A stretch of DNA of 64,000 bases, taken from contig JAJRSM010000044.1 in assembly GCA_024278765.1 (NCBI GenBank), positions 5,972 through 69,971 of the forward strand. Reading direction: 5' to 3'. The notes beneath the pieces were generated by a model. It did not search any database. It had not been told where the DNA came from and saw only the letters and a program-made list of their open reading frames with translations. Made by a program: the position numbers and the translations under genes. Source of the stretch: Deltaproteobacteria bacterium (GTDB lineage Bacteria > Desulfobacterota > GWC2-55-46 > DRQE01). Below, in pieces: positions 1-12,791 of the stretch (its first letter is position 1; every line of letters starts with the position of its first letter).

Positions 1-251
1 TTGAATCATGTGTCGTCTCCACATGATTCATCATTCATCTTGGCCGTCATTAAATATTGTTGCTTTTTTACAGGAAGTACGACGGTACAATCACCTACAT
101 AACGCTTTGTTGATCTCGATGCTTATGCCTCGCCGGCACGCTGTTCAGTCTCGACACCAGTTGTGGTATAATTACCAGGAGTTCCGGCTGATTAACAGGG
201 AGGGCGGCGTCTGCCGTCCTTCTCATAAGACGAAAGACAGGAAGCTTTATA

Positions 252-883
252 TGCATGAATATTCTCTTTACGCACAATCAATAATAGGACTTTTGGCCAT
301 ATTGAACCCGCTTGGGATCATACCGATATTCCTGAGCATGCGGGGCGAGCGTAGACAGAGCGAGTGCAACTCCATTGCCCGGGTCACGGCCATCTCCGTT
401 GCTGTGATTCTGGTCCTGTCTATTTGGTTGGGTACCTCAATTCTACATTTTTTCGGAATAAGTATTCCGGCTTTTCGTACAGGCGGCGGGCTGTTGATTA
501 TATTTATGGCTATGGCCATGCTAAACGCGAAGCAAGGTCATGCAAAGCAAGCACCGGGGGAAGCCGACGAGGCGAGTACAAAAGAAAGCATTGCTGTAGT
601 TCCGCTTGCTATACCTCTACTAGCAGGCCCTGGAGCTATCAGTTTGGTGATCTCCGATGCGCATCAAGCGGCGAATATCTCGGATAAGTTTATACTTTGC
701 GCAGGCGTTATCTTGATCGCATGTGTTGTCTGGCTTGCCTTACGACTGGCCGTACCTATTGGAAAACTATTAGGAACTACGGGGATGAATGTAGGCACCC
801 GTATCATGGGGTTGTTACTTGCGGCAATAGGGGTCCAGATGTTCGCTTCGGGTTTGGTCAAGCTGTTGCCGGGACTGGCCTGA
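252..883 (+). CDS. MarC family (UPF0056) integral membrane protein. The ORF track starts at 8, but the conserved MarC sequence begins at MHEYSLYAQSIIGLL.
   Basis: The motif LAILNPLGIIPIFL with multiple hydrophobic helices is typical of the MarC/UPF0056 family. Confidence 0.7.
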
Positions 884-893
884 CGGGGGGTGA

Positions 894-2192
894 GTGGGTA
901 ATTTCAAAGATGAAAAAATAGGACTTAAAGAAGCTGTCTCTATCGGCATAGGCGGCATGGTCGGCGGCGGGATATTTGCAGTTTTGGGGCTGGCCGTTGC
1001 TCTTGCCAAAGGAGGTACGCCGCTTTCTTTTTTATTTGCCGGAGTAATCGCTCTTATTACTTCTTACAGCTATGTGAAACTGTCCTTAAGCTTTCCCGAC
1101 CGGGGAGGTACGGTAAAATTTATCAATAAAGGGTTTGGGCGAGGCGTTTTCAGCGGCGGCATTAATAACTTACTCTGGGTAAGTTATATAATCATGCTCT
1201 CTCTCTATGCCTCGGCATTCGGCTCCTATGCACCGAACCTCTATAAAATCACGGCAAGCCATAGTTTAAATTTTCATATTTATGCCAGCCTTATCATAAT
1301 ACTTGCTACCCTGATCAATTATTACAGTATCAGGGTAGTTGGAATGATCGAATCATATGCTGTGATCATTAAACTTATAATCCTGTTAGGTTTTATAGGT
1401 ATCGGTGCCTATGGGCTCGTTGGCAACGCCAATCTGGAGCAGCTGGATCTCGCTTACTGGGAAAGTCCGTTAAAGCTGGTTGCGGCTGGCATGGTAATTT
1501 TTGTCGCCTATGAAGGGTTTGAGCTCATCGCGAATGCGGCACCGGATATCAAAAACCCACAGAGGAATATTCCCCTGGCTTATTACATCTCTGTTGTTTT
1601 TGTTATCGCTCTCTATTTAGTTATTGCCTTTATCACCGTAGGCTCATTACCTTTTAAAACTATAGCGACTGCGCAAGATTATGTCTTAGCCGAGGCCGCC
1701 AGACCTATGCTTGGTCAGGTTGGCTTTACGATCATCACCTTTGCCGCCTTGGTCTCAACTTTTTCAGCCATAAACGCCTCGCTCTACGGAGGAAGCCGCG
1801 TTAGCTATGAAATTGCCGAAGACGGCGAACTGCCCGGTGAGTTCACAAAACAGTACTGGAATCAACCGGTCGGCCTGTTTATAACGGCGGCGGCAACGCT
1901 TGTCCTTGTAAATACATTGAGACTGGAAAGCATTGCCACAGCGGGCAGTATCGGATTTTTACTTATTTTTGCAGTTGTTAATTTTTCAGGGTTTAAGTTG
2001 GCGGCGCAGATAAAGAGTAAGAAGGTTATACCGTTGTCTGGCTTCGTTCTTTGCGTCCTGGCTATGTCAGCCCTGATCTCTCATACATTTGTTGCTAACA
2101 AAACAGGGTTATTTATCTCTGGAGGTATTGTTACCGGCTGTTTTTTTGTCGAGTATATCTATAAAAGGCAACAGCCGGAAGCAATCTTATAA
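894..2192 (+). CDS. APC-family amino acid permease.
   Basis: The N-terminal GIGGMVGGGIFAVLG motif and about 12 predicted TM helices in 432 aa fit the family. Confidence 0.75.
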   Translation: MGNFKDEKIGLKEAVSIGIGGMVGGGIFAVLGLAVALAKGGTPLSFLFAGVIALITSYSYVKLSLSFPDRGGTVKFINKGFGRGVFSGGINNLLWVSYIIMLSLYASAFGSYAPNLYKITASHSLNFHIYASLIIILATLINYYSIRVVGMIESYAVIIKLIILLGFIGIGAYGLVGNANLEQLDLAYWESPLKLVAAGMVIFVAYEGFELIANAAPDIKNPQRNIPLAYYISVVFVIALYLVIAFITVGSLPFKTIATAQDYVLAEAARPMLGQVGFTIITFAALVSTFSAINASLYGGSRVSYEIAEDGELPGEFTKQYWNQPVGLFITAAATLVLVNTLRLESIATAGSIGFLLIFAVVNFSGFKLAAQIKSKKVIPLSGFVLCVLAMSALISHTFVANKTGLFISGGIVTGCFFVEYIYKRQQPEAIL

Positions 2193-2247
2193 ATCCTATA
2201 CTTTATATTATTCAGCTCTACAAAGGTTTTCTCCTCCATATTGTCGG

Positions 2248-2276
2248 TTGACATATGTCCTTTAATTCCTTATAAT
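2248..2276 (+). promoter_or_regulatory. Near-consensus sigma70 promoter, TTGACA-17 nt-TATAAT, upstream of gmd.
   Basis: TTGACA lies at 2248-2253 and TATAAT at 2271-2276, separated by a 17-nt spacer; this was read directly from the sequence. Confidence 0.6.
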
Positions 2277-2383
2277 TCCTAGGGTTATCCATGTAATATT
2301 GTCTATAATCTGCCTTAGGAGGCTGCTCAGAGCGACTTTTAAGGACCTTTTGCTTTTTTTTGTCATTCGCCAAGGAGTTTTCT

Positions 2384-5969
<3,586 letters not shown>

Positions 5970-5998
5970 TTGACATTTCGCTGAATTGTTTTAATATA
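5970..5998 (+). promoter_or_regulatory. Candidate sigma70 promoter, TTGACA with a TAATAT-like -10, upstream of the oxidoreductase gene.
   Basis: TTGACA lies at 5970-5975 with an AT-rich -10-like hexamer about 17 nt downstream. Confidence 0.35.
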
Positions 5999-6184
5999 TC
6001 CAATGTTATTTATCGTAGACTCTATGTTGTGAAATGTGGGGTTTTTTAAGGATATGGGTTGTATCTAATGCTTTTTTCTTTGAGTTTATACGGAGAAAAA
6101 GGCGCAGCGAGCCGGATTTACAGGTAAGCCATTCATTAAATAACTGACGTAGTTAAATCAATATACATCGGAGACCTTCTTAAT

Positions 6185-7288
6185 ATGAAAAAAATTAAGA
6201 TTTACGGCGCGGGCTCAATCGGTAATCATCTGGCATATGCATCGCGCAACCTGGGTTATGAAGTGTTAATAAGCGATATCGACGGGGATGCCTTACGGCG
6301 AACCAAAGAAGAGATATATCCGGATAGATACGGCGAGTGGGACGACTCGATCAGGCTCTCTCTGGTAAAAGACATCCCTTCTGACGAGCACTTCGATGTT
6401 GTATTTATAGGCACGCCGCCGGACAGTCACATGGCACTTGCCCTTAAGACCCTTAAAGAAGAAAAGTCAAAGGTCTTGCTGATAGAGAAACCTCTATGTA
6501 CGCCTGATCTCAAAGACGCGCAGGCCTTGTTTGAAGCCTCTGAAAATTCTGAGACTACAGTCTTGGTAGGTTATAATCACGGCCTTGGCGAGAATACGGT
6601 TGAGATAGAAAAGCTTTTGGCAGCAGGCACGATAGGTGAGGCTATAACCCTATACGGTGGTATTCATGAGCACTGGGGCGGTATCTTTAAGGCGCATCCG
6701 TGGCTGAGCGGGCCAAGCGATACCTACCTTGGTTTTGCAAGCAGGGGCGGCGGCGCATGCGGCGAGCACTCGCACGGCATTCATATCTGGCAGCATTTTG
6801 CGCATCTGCTCGGTAAGGGCAAGGTCGTAGAGGTAGCGGCGGTAATGGATATTGTTGATGACGGTACGGTTGACTATGATAGTTTTTGTAACCTTAATCT
6901 GCGCACAGAGAAGGGCTTTGCCGGCACCGTTGCGCAGGACGTAATAACCGCACCATCGAAGAAGTATATGAAGTTGCAAGGTGATGAGGGCTTTCTGGAG
7001 TGGCACGTTAATTACAGCAGCGATGGCGATGCCGTCATGACGAGTCGTGACGGCATCGAGCCTGTGACAACTGTATTGCCAAAGATCAGGCCCGATGATT
7101 TTCGTCTGGAAATGGAGCATGTAAATGATATTATAGATGGTAAGATCAAGGACTCTCCGATATCGCTGGAGCGGGGCCTTGATACTATGATGGTGATAGC
7201 CGCTGCGTATCAGGCCAATATAAAGAAGAAGGTTATGCGCATTGATTACTCAAAGGGATATACCCTTGGTGCGATTGAAGCAATTTAG
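6185..7288 (+). CDS. Gfo/Idh/MocA-family NAD(P)-dependent oxidoreductase.
   Basis: An N-terminal Rossmann motif IYGAGSIGNH is followed by the family hallmark VLLIEKPL. Confidence 0.65.
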   Translation: MKKIKIYGAGSIGNHLAYASRNLGYEVLISDIDGDALRRTKEEIYPDRYGEWDDSIRLSLVKDIPSDEHFDVVFIGTPPDSHMALALKTLKEEKSKVLLIEKPLCTPDLKDAQALFEASENSETTVLVGYNHGLGENTVEIEKLLAAGTIGEAITLYGGIHEHWGGIFKAHPWLSGPSDTYLGFASRGGGACGEHSHGIHIWQHFAHLLGKGKVVEVAAVMDIVDDGTVDYDSFCNLNLRTEKGFAGTVAQDVITAPSKKYMKLQGDEGFLEWHVNYSSDGDAVMTSRDGIEPVTTVLPKIRPDDFRLEMEHVNDIIDGKIKDSPISLERGLDTMMVIAAAYQANIKKKVMRIDYSKGYTLGAIEAI

Positions 7289-7320
7289 TTAAAAATAAAT
7301 CAATTAAATGGTGGTATTAA

Positions 7321-8868
7321 ATGAACTTTGAAGGACTCTTTATCTACGATATGGCCAATAATCATCAGGGCGATCTTGGACATGGCCTGAGGATAATAAA
7401 AGATTTTGCCAAGGTCTCCAGTGAAAAAAGCGTACGAGGGGCTATGAAGTTCCAGTACAGGCAGCTTGCGACCTTTATCCACCCTGACTACAGGGACTAC
7501 GAGGGCAATAAGCATCTCTCAAGGTTTATCTCGACCGAGCTGTCTTCGGAGGATTACGGCGTACTTGCAGCCAGCGCAAAGGAGCAGGGGCTGGTAACGA
7601 TATCAACGCCTTTTGATGAAGAGTCGGTTGATCTAATAGAAAAGCTCAGGATAGATATAATAAAGATAGCCAGTTGCTCGGCGCAGGACTGGCCTTTACT
7701 TGAGCGCGTAGCCCTTGCCGGTAAACCTGTGATCTGCTCGACAGCAGGGCTTAATATTACGCAGATAGATGATATCGTAAGCTTCTTTGAGAAGCACGGC
7801 ACAGAGTTCGCTCTGATGCACTGCGTTGCGATCTATCCGACGCCCTTTGATAAGCTTGCGTTGAATCAGATAAAATTGCTGTCGCGTCGTTATCCGCAGG
7901 TTACAATCGGTTTTTCTACGCATGAAGATCCGGATTGCCTCGATGCCGTTAAGATCGCTTACGCAAAAGGTGCGAGGATATTCGAGAGGCATGTCGGGGT
8001 CAATACCGATAAGTATAAGCTTAACGGGTATTCCTCAACGCCTGAGCAGGTAGCTAGCTGGATAGATTCTTATAAAGAAACACTGGACGGTTGCGGCCCT
8101 TCCGGGCGTGCACCGGTTAGCCAGGAGGAAGAGGCGTCTTTACAGTCTCTTTCGCGCGGTGTCTTTTTGAAAAATCCGGTCGCAAAGGGCGAGGAGATTA
8201 AAAGGGATAATGTCGTCTTCTCTATGCCGATCTTAAAAGGCCAGCTAAAGAGCGGGCTCTGGGCTGACGGGCTTATAGCGGATAAAGGTTACAGCGCGGC
8301 AGAGCCGGTGCCTGCGAGCCTTCGTGATATTTCAATGAGCGATCAGGATACAGTTAACCGCACAATCTTGCAAGTCAAGGGTATGCTTAATAACGCCAAG
8401 ATTTTTCTCGGTGATGACTGCTCGGTAGAGCTTTCGCATCACTACGGCTTGGACCGTTTCCGAGAGTTCGGTGCCGTGATAATTGATTGCATAAACAGGG
8501 ACTACTGCAAGAAGCTGATAATACAGCTTCCTCGTCAGAAGCATCCTTATCATTATCATAAAAAGAAGGAAGAGACCTTTCAGGTCCTAAGCGGCAGCGT
8601 CGAGGTCGAGCTGGAGGGCGAGATGCGTACAATGCTTCCGGGCGATAAGTGTCTTGTAGAGCGCGATAAGTGGCACAAGTTCCAGACCCTGCACGGTGTG
8701 ATCTTTGAAGAGGTCTCGACGACGCACTTTAATAATGATTCTTTTTACGAAGACCCTCTTATCAGCGAGATCCCGAGGGAATCGAGGAAGACAAAGATAG
8801 ATCTCGGGCTAAGGTTACAGATGAACTCCGAGCTGCTTGAAGAAGATGATAAAAGTAATTGTCTTTGA
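7321..8868 (+). CDS. NeuB-family nonulosonate (sialic/KDN/Pse-type) synthase with a C-terminal SAF domain and an additional C-terminal cupin domain.
   Basis: A TIM-barrel NeuB core (HCVAIYPTP, GFSTHE) and SAF region are followed by an extra roughly 150-aa cupin (HYHKKKEETFQVLSGSVEVELEGE...GDKCLVERDKWHKF). Confidence 0.75.
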   Translation: MNFEGLFIYDMANNHQGDLGHGLRIIKDFAKVSSEKSVRGAMKFQYRQLATFIHPDYRDYEGNKHLSRFISTELSSEDYGVLAASAKEQGLVTISTPFDEESVDLIEKLRIDIIKIASCSAQDWPLLERVALAGKPVICSTAGLNITQIDDIVSFFEKHGTEFALMHCVAIYPTPFDKLALNQIKLLSRRYPQVTIGFSTHEDPDCLDAVKIAYAKGARIFERHVGVNTDKYKLNGYSSTPEQVASWIDSYKETLDGCGPSGRAPVSQEEEASLQSLSRGVFLKNPVAKGEEIKRDNVVFSMPILKGQLKSGLWADGLIADKGYSAAEPVPASLRDISMSDQDTVNRTILQVKGMLNNAKIFLGDDCSVELSHHYGLDRFREFGAVIIDCINRDYCKKLIIQLPRQKHPYHYHKKKEETFQVLSGSVEVELEGEMRTMLPGDKCLVERDKWHKFQTLHGVIFEEVSTTHFNNDSFYEDPLISEIPRESRKTKIDLGLRLQMNSELLEEDDKSNCL

Positions 8869-9505
8869 TTTTGACGGGACTATTATAGATTCTAATCAGC
8901 TTAAATATGATGCCTTCTTTCGTATCTTTGAGTATGATAAAAGATATAAAAAAATCGTCAAAGACGTGCTTGATCGTTCACGAGAAGAGACTCGTTTTTC
9001 TATCATAGAGCGTATTCTTAGAATTTTCCAACAAGATTTTCCCGGCATCTTACTGGAAGGTGATATAGGTGAGGTCTCACTCTTATATGCCGCTAAGTAT
9101 AACGATATTGTCGAATCTGCGGCTTCAATTTGTCCCGAGATAAGTGGTGCGTCTGATGCTCTTGATTTTTTATTTAGACGCTATCCGCTATACATAAACT
9201 CAGCTACTCCGCTTGAGCCGCTCAGGCGGATTATATCCGAGCGATCGCTGGATGGTTATTTTGTGGATATCTATGGAGCTCCAAGGGCAAAGATTGAAAA
9301 TCTGTCTGAGATATTGTCTAAAGAGAGTGTCGCTGGGAGTGAAATATTAGTCGTTGGTGATGGTGCTGGAGACCTAAAGTCGGCGTTATACTTTAGCGCA
9401 GCTTTTGTAGGTGTTCGCAATGACTTTAATAGATCTTTGGAGTGGAAAAAAGATATGGTTGATGACTTGAGAACATTACCCGATCTGGTTACTTCCATGA
9501 GCTAA
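8837..9505 (+). CDS. HAD-superfamily phosphatase or hydrolase.
   Basis: The N-terminal VIVFDFDGTIIDS (DxDGT) motif and a late VVGDGAGDL motif are HAD signatures. Confidence 0.75.
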   Translation: MKKMIKVIVFDFDGTIIDSNQLKYDAFFRIFEYDKRYKKIVKDVLDRSREETRFSIIERILRIFQQDFPGILLEGDIGEVSLLYAAKYNDIVESAASICPEISGASDALDFLFRRYPLYINSATPLEPLRRIISERSLDGYFVDIYGAPRAKIENLSEILSKESVAGSEILVVGDGAGDLKSALYFSAAFVGVRNDFNRSLEWKKDMVDDLRTLPDLVTSMS

Positions 9506-9532
9506 TATAGTAATTTTTTAAATCTGGCTTCT

Positions 9533-11209
9533 GTGTTTTTCAAGGCCGTATATAAAAGTGAGTCTTTGTCTGTGAATGAAGCTTATATATTAAATAAAGA
9601 TCGGTCAAAGATAACATTACCTTTGCTTATTGTCATTGTACTTGTAATTATGGCTGGTTTTTTCTTGCGCAGCTATAAGCTCTCTGCCGACCTTCCGTAT
9701 AAGGATTTAGGCCCGACTTGGGTTTTTGTCACCGACGAGGGTGCTTACCCGTATAGCGCTGCACATAAAGTTAAGTATGGTTCATGGCGCGTTGAAGATA
9801 CCTACTATGACGGTTGGACTATACGAGGCTATCAACTATGGGTTGAACAGTTTTTCAAGGGCGGAGGCGTTAACCTTACTTCGGCTCGCTTTGCCTCTGT
9901 AGTTGCTTTTACTCTTGCTTTGTTTTTCTTTGCCTTTGCACTTGCAAGGTATACGTCTTCATCTATGTCTGTTTTTTTTACAATATTTGCCGCTTCTAAT
10001 TTTCTTTTGCTTATGTGGTCCAGGTTTGCGAGCCCCTATGCGGTAAGCCTGCTGCCTATGGCTATTATATTTGCATGTTTTCTTATAGCAATGGCCAAAA
10101 AGAGTTACGCAGCCCTGATAACTGCTGGTGTTGTCACTTTCATTGCCTTTACGATAAAAGAGACCTCTATTATTTATCCCTCGATAGTTGTTATCTCGAT
10201 TATCATTGGCGATTGGCTTTATAGTGGTATGCCTCTTCATAGAGCAATCTTCAATAAGAAGGTATTGGTCTACTTGTTGGCATTTTTAATTCCTATGGCT
10301 CTTTATTATATTTTTTTTCTTAATCCAAATGCTACCGAGTGGTGGAATAGTTCTGCAAAACTTCAAAAGGATACGGTTGCTTCTATAGCCAACCTGAACA
10401 ATGCTGTTGCAGAAAATGTCGCAAAGCCGAATGCCTTTTATAAGTTATTTTTTAAGTATCTGGGGGCAAGACATATCCTGGCGTTATGGTTTCTTGCAGC
10501 CATAGGCATGGTAGTAGAAGGTTTACGTTATTTGTTCGCGCCCGGCTACAGGCGTAGCCTCTGGTCTTTGAGTTCTCTATTTATGGCCCTTTGGTTTTTA
10601 GGAATGTCTGTGGGGATGCTTGTTTTAAGGCTTGGCGGAGGCGTGGCAGAGCACTGGAATGTACTTTTTATCCTGCCTGTCTGTTATTTCGGCGCTGTGA
10701 CAGTGGCAAGTCTCTGGGAGATCGGCAAAGGTGCTTTTCTCCGTAGAGGTAGGACTGTAATGGTAGTAGCTGTCTTTTTGACAGCCATTGTTGTCTTCTC
10801 TGATATGAACAGGTACTACGCGTGGGCCACTACGCCGCTTGAAGATGAGGGTTTAAATTTTGCCGCCTCTGATATAGCAGAAAAGATTATGGAAAGGAGA
10901 GAGGGCTCCACTACGATTGTTATGATCGATGCAACATTCACTCTTTTGAGAGAAGAAAAAATTAATACGATTTTTGTGCGTAATTTCAACTTGAAAGATC
11001 TTCCGCGTATCTATAAACGCTGGAAACCCGGGTATATAGTCGTGCCAGATGATGGGGGTACTTTGTATTCTGTTGCTGTCATGCAAGAGCTTGCAGAAAG
11101 AGGGTTTATAGTAAAGCCGATAAATGAGACCTATCTTGGTTTTTTTGATCACAGAGATTTGAGCATGGTTACTTACGAACTTGCATATAGTCCTGCTGAT
11201 AAAACTTAA
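9533..11209 (+). CDS. GT-C fold membrane glycosyltransferase (GT39/ArnT-like), paralog 2.
   Basis: About 11 TM helices precede a soluble C-terminal domain, and the architecture matches ORFs 4461 and 12785. Confidence 0.55.
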   Translation: MFFKAVYKSESLSVNEAYILNKDRSKITLPLLIVIVLVIMAGFFLRSYKLSADLPYKDLGPTWVFVTDEGAYPYSAAHKVKYGSWRVEDTYYDGWTIRGYQLWVEQFFKGGGVNLTSARFASVVAFTLALFFFAFALARYTSSSMSVFFTIFAASNFLLLMWSRFASPYAVSLLPMAIIFACFLIAMAKKSYAALITAGVVTFIAFTIKETSIIYPSIVVISIIIGDWLYSGMPLHRAIFNKKVLVYLLAFLIPMALYYIFFLNPNATEWWNSSAKLQKDTVASIANLNNAVAENVAKPNAFYKLFFKYLGARHILALWFLAAIGMVVEGLRYLFAPGYRRSLWSLSSLFMALWFLGMSVGMLVLRLGGGVAEHWNVLFILPVCYFGAVTVASLWEIGKGAFLRRGRTVMVVAVFLTAIVVFSDMNRYYAWATTPLEDEGLNFAASDIAEKIMERREGSTTIVMIDATFTLLREEKINTIFVRNFNLKDLPRIYKRWKPGYIVVPDDGGTLYSVAVMQELAERGFIVKPINETYLGFFDHRDLSMVTYELAYSPADKT

Positions 11210-12791
11210 TGGTTTGTTCTGTAGCTTTAAGTTTTTTACTCTAATCTCAAAAAGGTTATTTTTCATGTTTATGTTGTTCGGAGGTGATTTTAAATTTTCA
11301 AGTAAGATTGTGCTGCCATGGTTGTGTTTCGTTGTCTTTGCATTTTTTCTGGCTTTTATTGGAGTAATTAGTCTTGCTGCATTATTGATTCTGACAATAT
11401 GTCCTTCTCTGGCTCTGGTTTTTTTATTTTCTCCCAAGGTTGGTTTAATGGTTATTGTGTTAATAAGGACCTCCCTTGATGCCTTTGCTCAAAAAATAAT
11501 ATTGGAGTCTCTTGGGAATACCTACTTTAATCTACAAATGATACTCACTGTGGAGATTATCGTTATATTAAGTGTCATGGTATTTATTTTCTTTATAACA
11601 AGAAAAGCTGAATTTAAAAACTGGTCGTTCCTCTTGGCCGCCGGAGCTTTTTTACTGTATTGTCTGATCTCTGTATTCTTCAGTTCTGATCTTTTTAATG
11701 CCTTGCATGCGTATCTTAGGTATTTGACATGGATACTTCTGATGGTATCGATCTTGATCTTTGTGAAAACAAAAGCAGATATTGACCGTTTTATGGTAGT
11801 AGGAATGATGGCTGCTATACTGCCTGTTTTAAGCGTTTTATGGGATATAGGTAATGGCGCAACCCTTGGGAGTCATTATGGCATTAATGATATTAAAGGC
11901 GTATATGACAATCCGCCTAAAATGGCAAGCGTACTTTTTGCTGTATTGCCGTTTTCAATATTTAAGGTTGAGCAGTCTTTGCAGACAAAGGGTAAGTGGG
12001 GTTGGGAGCGGCTTTCATTGTTTCTTCTTCCAGTTATCTTTATAGGCGTTTTATATACATATTACAGGGCTGTATGGTTAGCCGTTATATCTTCTTTAGC
12101 AATCACAACACTGTATTACATTAAAACTTCCAGACTGTATTTTATTATTTTTATTGTTTTATTATCTTTGTTTGTCTGGCAAAATATTGATCATATCAGG
12201 TTTAAGATGAGAGATTCGCCTTTGCAGTTGATCGAGAAGAAGATGGATGTTCTTTTAAAATTTGTTCAAGTGGAGAAGAAGATGGATATTCCTTTAAAAT
12301 TTGTTCAAGTGGAACATGAAGTCCTTGACTACGGTTCAGGGCGTCTGAGGATCTGGAGCAATATTGTTAATGCCTGGCTTGATGCGCCTATATATAAAAA
12401 AGTCTTCGGTTTCGGCATGTCTTCATCGGTTGAAATGTCGGGGCGCACGAATAAAGCGGGGATTATATCCAATGCGCACAATGATTTCCTTGCACTCTTG
12501 ATAAACCAGGGGGTATTGGGGCTGGGGCTTTTCTTTTGGCTGGTCTATGAAATATTAAGGCCTATACTGGTGCTTTTGAGGAGGGCTAAGGACCCATATT
12601 ATAGATGTCTAGCCGTTGTCTCTTTTTCGTTGATCCTTGCTTGTTTTTTTCTGGCGATGACATTTTTATTGTTGCAAACAATGGCTGTGATGTTTTATGT
12701 TGCAATTTTCTTGGCTCTAACATTGGTAGCCTGTAATTTGAGTATTAAATCCTGTAACGACGATGATAAGGCAGGTACATGTAAGTGGTAG
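11181..12791 (+). CDS. O-antigen ligase (WaaL/Wzy_C) family membrane protein; the true start is probably an internal Met near 11266.
   Basis: The protein is polytopic with a large periplasmic loop and the conserved NAHNDFLALLINQGVLG motif (H-N-D-x-L). Confidence 0.7.
   Translation: MHIVLLIKLNGLFCSFKFFTLISKRLFFMFMLFGGDFKFSSKIVLPWLCFVVFAFFLAFIGVISLAALLILTICPSLALVFLFSPKVGLMVIVLIRTSLDAFAQKIILESLGNTYFNLQMILTVEIIVILSVMVFIFFITRKAEFKNWSFLLAAGAFLLYCLISVFFSSDLFNALHAYLRYLTWILLMVSILIFVKTKADIDRFMVVGMMAAILPVLSVLWDIGNGATLGSHYGINDIKGVYDNPPKMASVLFAVLPFSIFKVEQSLQTKGKWGWERLSLFLLPVIFIGVLYTYYRAVWLAVISSLAITTLYYIKTSRLYFIIFIVLLSLFVWQNIDHIRFKMRDSPLQLIEKKMDVLLKFVQVEKKMDIPLKFVQVEHEVLDYGSGRLRIWSNIVNAWLDAPIYKKVFGFGMSSSVEMSGRTNKAGIISNAHNDFLALLINQGVLGLGLFFWLVYEILRPILVLLRRAKDPYYRCLAVVSFSLILACFFLAMTFLLLQTMAVMFYVAIFLALTLVACNLSIKSCNDDDKAGTCKW
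12226..12310 (+). repeat. In-frame tandem duplication of 39 bp (two 13-codon units, EKKMDVLLKFVQV and EKKMDIPLKFVQV) inside the ligase gene.
   Basis: Two adjacent near-identical 39-nt units differing at three positions were read directly from the sequence. Confidence 0.8.

Noticed and set aside
8-251. The N-terminal 80-aa extension of the MarC ORF (MCRLHMIHHSS...).
   Set aside because: Conserved MarC sequence starts at the Met near 252. The upstream part is low-complexity and is probably non-coding read-through of the ORF finder.
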